Below, in pieces: positions 62,491 to 64,000 of a DNA stretch of 64,000 nt (its first letter is position 1; each line of letters opens with the position of its first letter). The stretch is taken from the NCBI GenBank assembly GCA_965235115.1, contig OZ249436.1:5892001-5956000 (forward strand), read 5' to 3'. Made by a program: the position numbers and the translations under genes. The notes under the pieces were generated by a model. The model saw only the letters and a list, made by a program, of their open reading frames with translations. It searched no databases and was not told the origin of the DNA. Source of the DNA: Laetmonice hystrix (Eukaryota).

Positions 62491-64000
62491 TGCTGAACAT
62501 TTCATATTTCAGACGCCATGAAAATATTAATCTTCCTAGCCTGATTGACATGAATGATGATATAATAGTTGGAGTTGGCACACTTACTAATCTCGGCGTA
62601 ATACAGTGTCGATATCATTCACAGAATTCTAAAATCTTGGAAACCTTCAGTTATTTAACGCTATGTTACGTCTAACAATCAATTATGGGGCACTGAGTAG
62701 AAAGTTCCATTGTAATTCATATACCACACGACCCATTCTGCATGCATCCCCACACGGTTGTGTATGGTGGCAGATTATAAATCACTCTCCTAGTACGGTA
62801 TGTAGACTGCTTTCTCTATCCAACAGAACTGAATTACACTGGAATGCGAAGCCTGGCCAGAATCACTTATTTAGAATTATGTATGGCGCTATCCATTTCA
62901 TGTAACCAGAAAATAAGTAAATTACCTTTTAATTGCGTATGCACAAAGCAGTGCACTGATAGACAGATGCCCCAAAAAGTCAATTAAGATGATAGTTTTT
63001 TTTCCATGCTAGGCAACCCATAATTGAACTAGAACCTTTTCCAGCCATAAATTACTGTAAATGATTAGCTTCGACGTCGTAATGGCATCTAAAAAGTATG
63101 TAATTGTTAGAAATTGTCACTCAAATTATATTTACTTGAAGTCCGATCAAAGCCAGCGTTCCATCTACTTTGTCATTCTGATTAATCGACCGAGGACACA
63201 ATAGAAAGGACTGACTTTAAATGCTCTAATTAAAAACAATCAAAGTTTTACTGTTGGCCGAGGACCTCGAATCTGGAGTGGCAGCTAAAAGTAGAGCCAT
63301 CTATTATAAAATGGTGGTCGTGAAAAACTGTGCAGGGTTTTCAAGGCCGCAATACTGCCCCAAACACTCACTTTCCTGATTTGTCACTTGGAAAGAAATT
63401 CACTATTTAATTTTTTGCCCTAATGTGATAAAACACCCATCAATCAAGACATATTTAAGACTAATGAACAGTAGCCTTAATTAGAGAATCACGTTCATGG
63501 TACAATGTGAACATTATGGAAGTTTGTAAATCATGACATTCAATTAATTTCGGACGGTTCCTCAGGCAATAATGCCATGTAGAGAGATATTTTATGTGGT
63601 TAATGGTCAGCCGAATGACATGAATAATGCAACAGCACGGCTGCAAGGCTAGCTCATGATATTGTTTGAGTCAGAGAGATAAGTATATGTCTATATGTGG
63701 TTGTTTATGAATATGTATCGCTGAGATAGCTATTCAAGTTTCAACAGTTGAGTGAGATAAATGAGATACGATTCTATGGCCCGCGGTCGACAACCGCTAC
63801 ATGCTCAGACATAGAGTGCTTTCATTAAAAACATTAGTAACTGGCTGGACGTAATCAATTACTGTCAAAAGTTCATCAGGTATGTATGTATGTATGGACA
63901 GGATCAGATTGGGCGCCAGTGTTCATGTTAACACGGTTAGATTAGGTGTACTGATCGTCAAAACAGACAAAGATTCACACACGAGTTGGTTTTTTTAGGA

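Overview
Non-coding, repeat-rich eukaryotic DNA, most consistent with an invertebrate animal genome (inference from composition and element types, not a species identification). I find no convincing protein-coding gene, rRNA, tRNA or CRISPR array, and the longest ORFs in the track are read-throughs of tandem repeats. About a quarter of the window (roughly 15-16 kb by my tally) is made of about 19 separate minisatellite or tandem arrays with units of 16-160 bp, six of them 45-49 bp. There are also several non-autonomous DNA transposons: a Kolobok-like TTAA element, and a PIF/Harbinger-like MITE with an inverted copy of itself inserted in its middle. A candidate Helitron 3' end lies next to the 40-bp array. 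The unique DNA appears enriched in TALE-homeodomain motifs (TGACAG, TGANTGACAG, TGATTTAT), suggesting a large intron or gene desert of a developmental regulator. The strongest leads are the self-nested MITE, a 23-bp core shared by two otherwise different minisatellites, and the TALE/Hox motif clusters. I cannot support a claim of a new biological system from the sequence alone.
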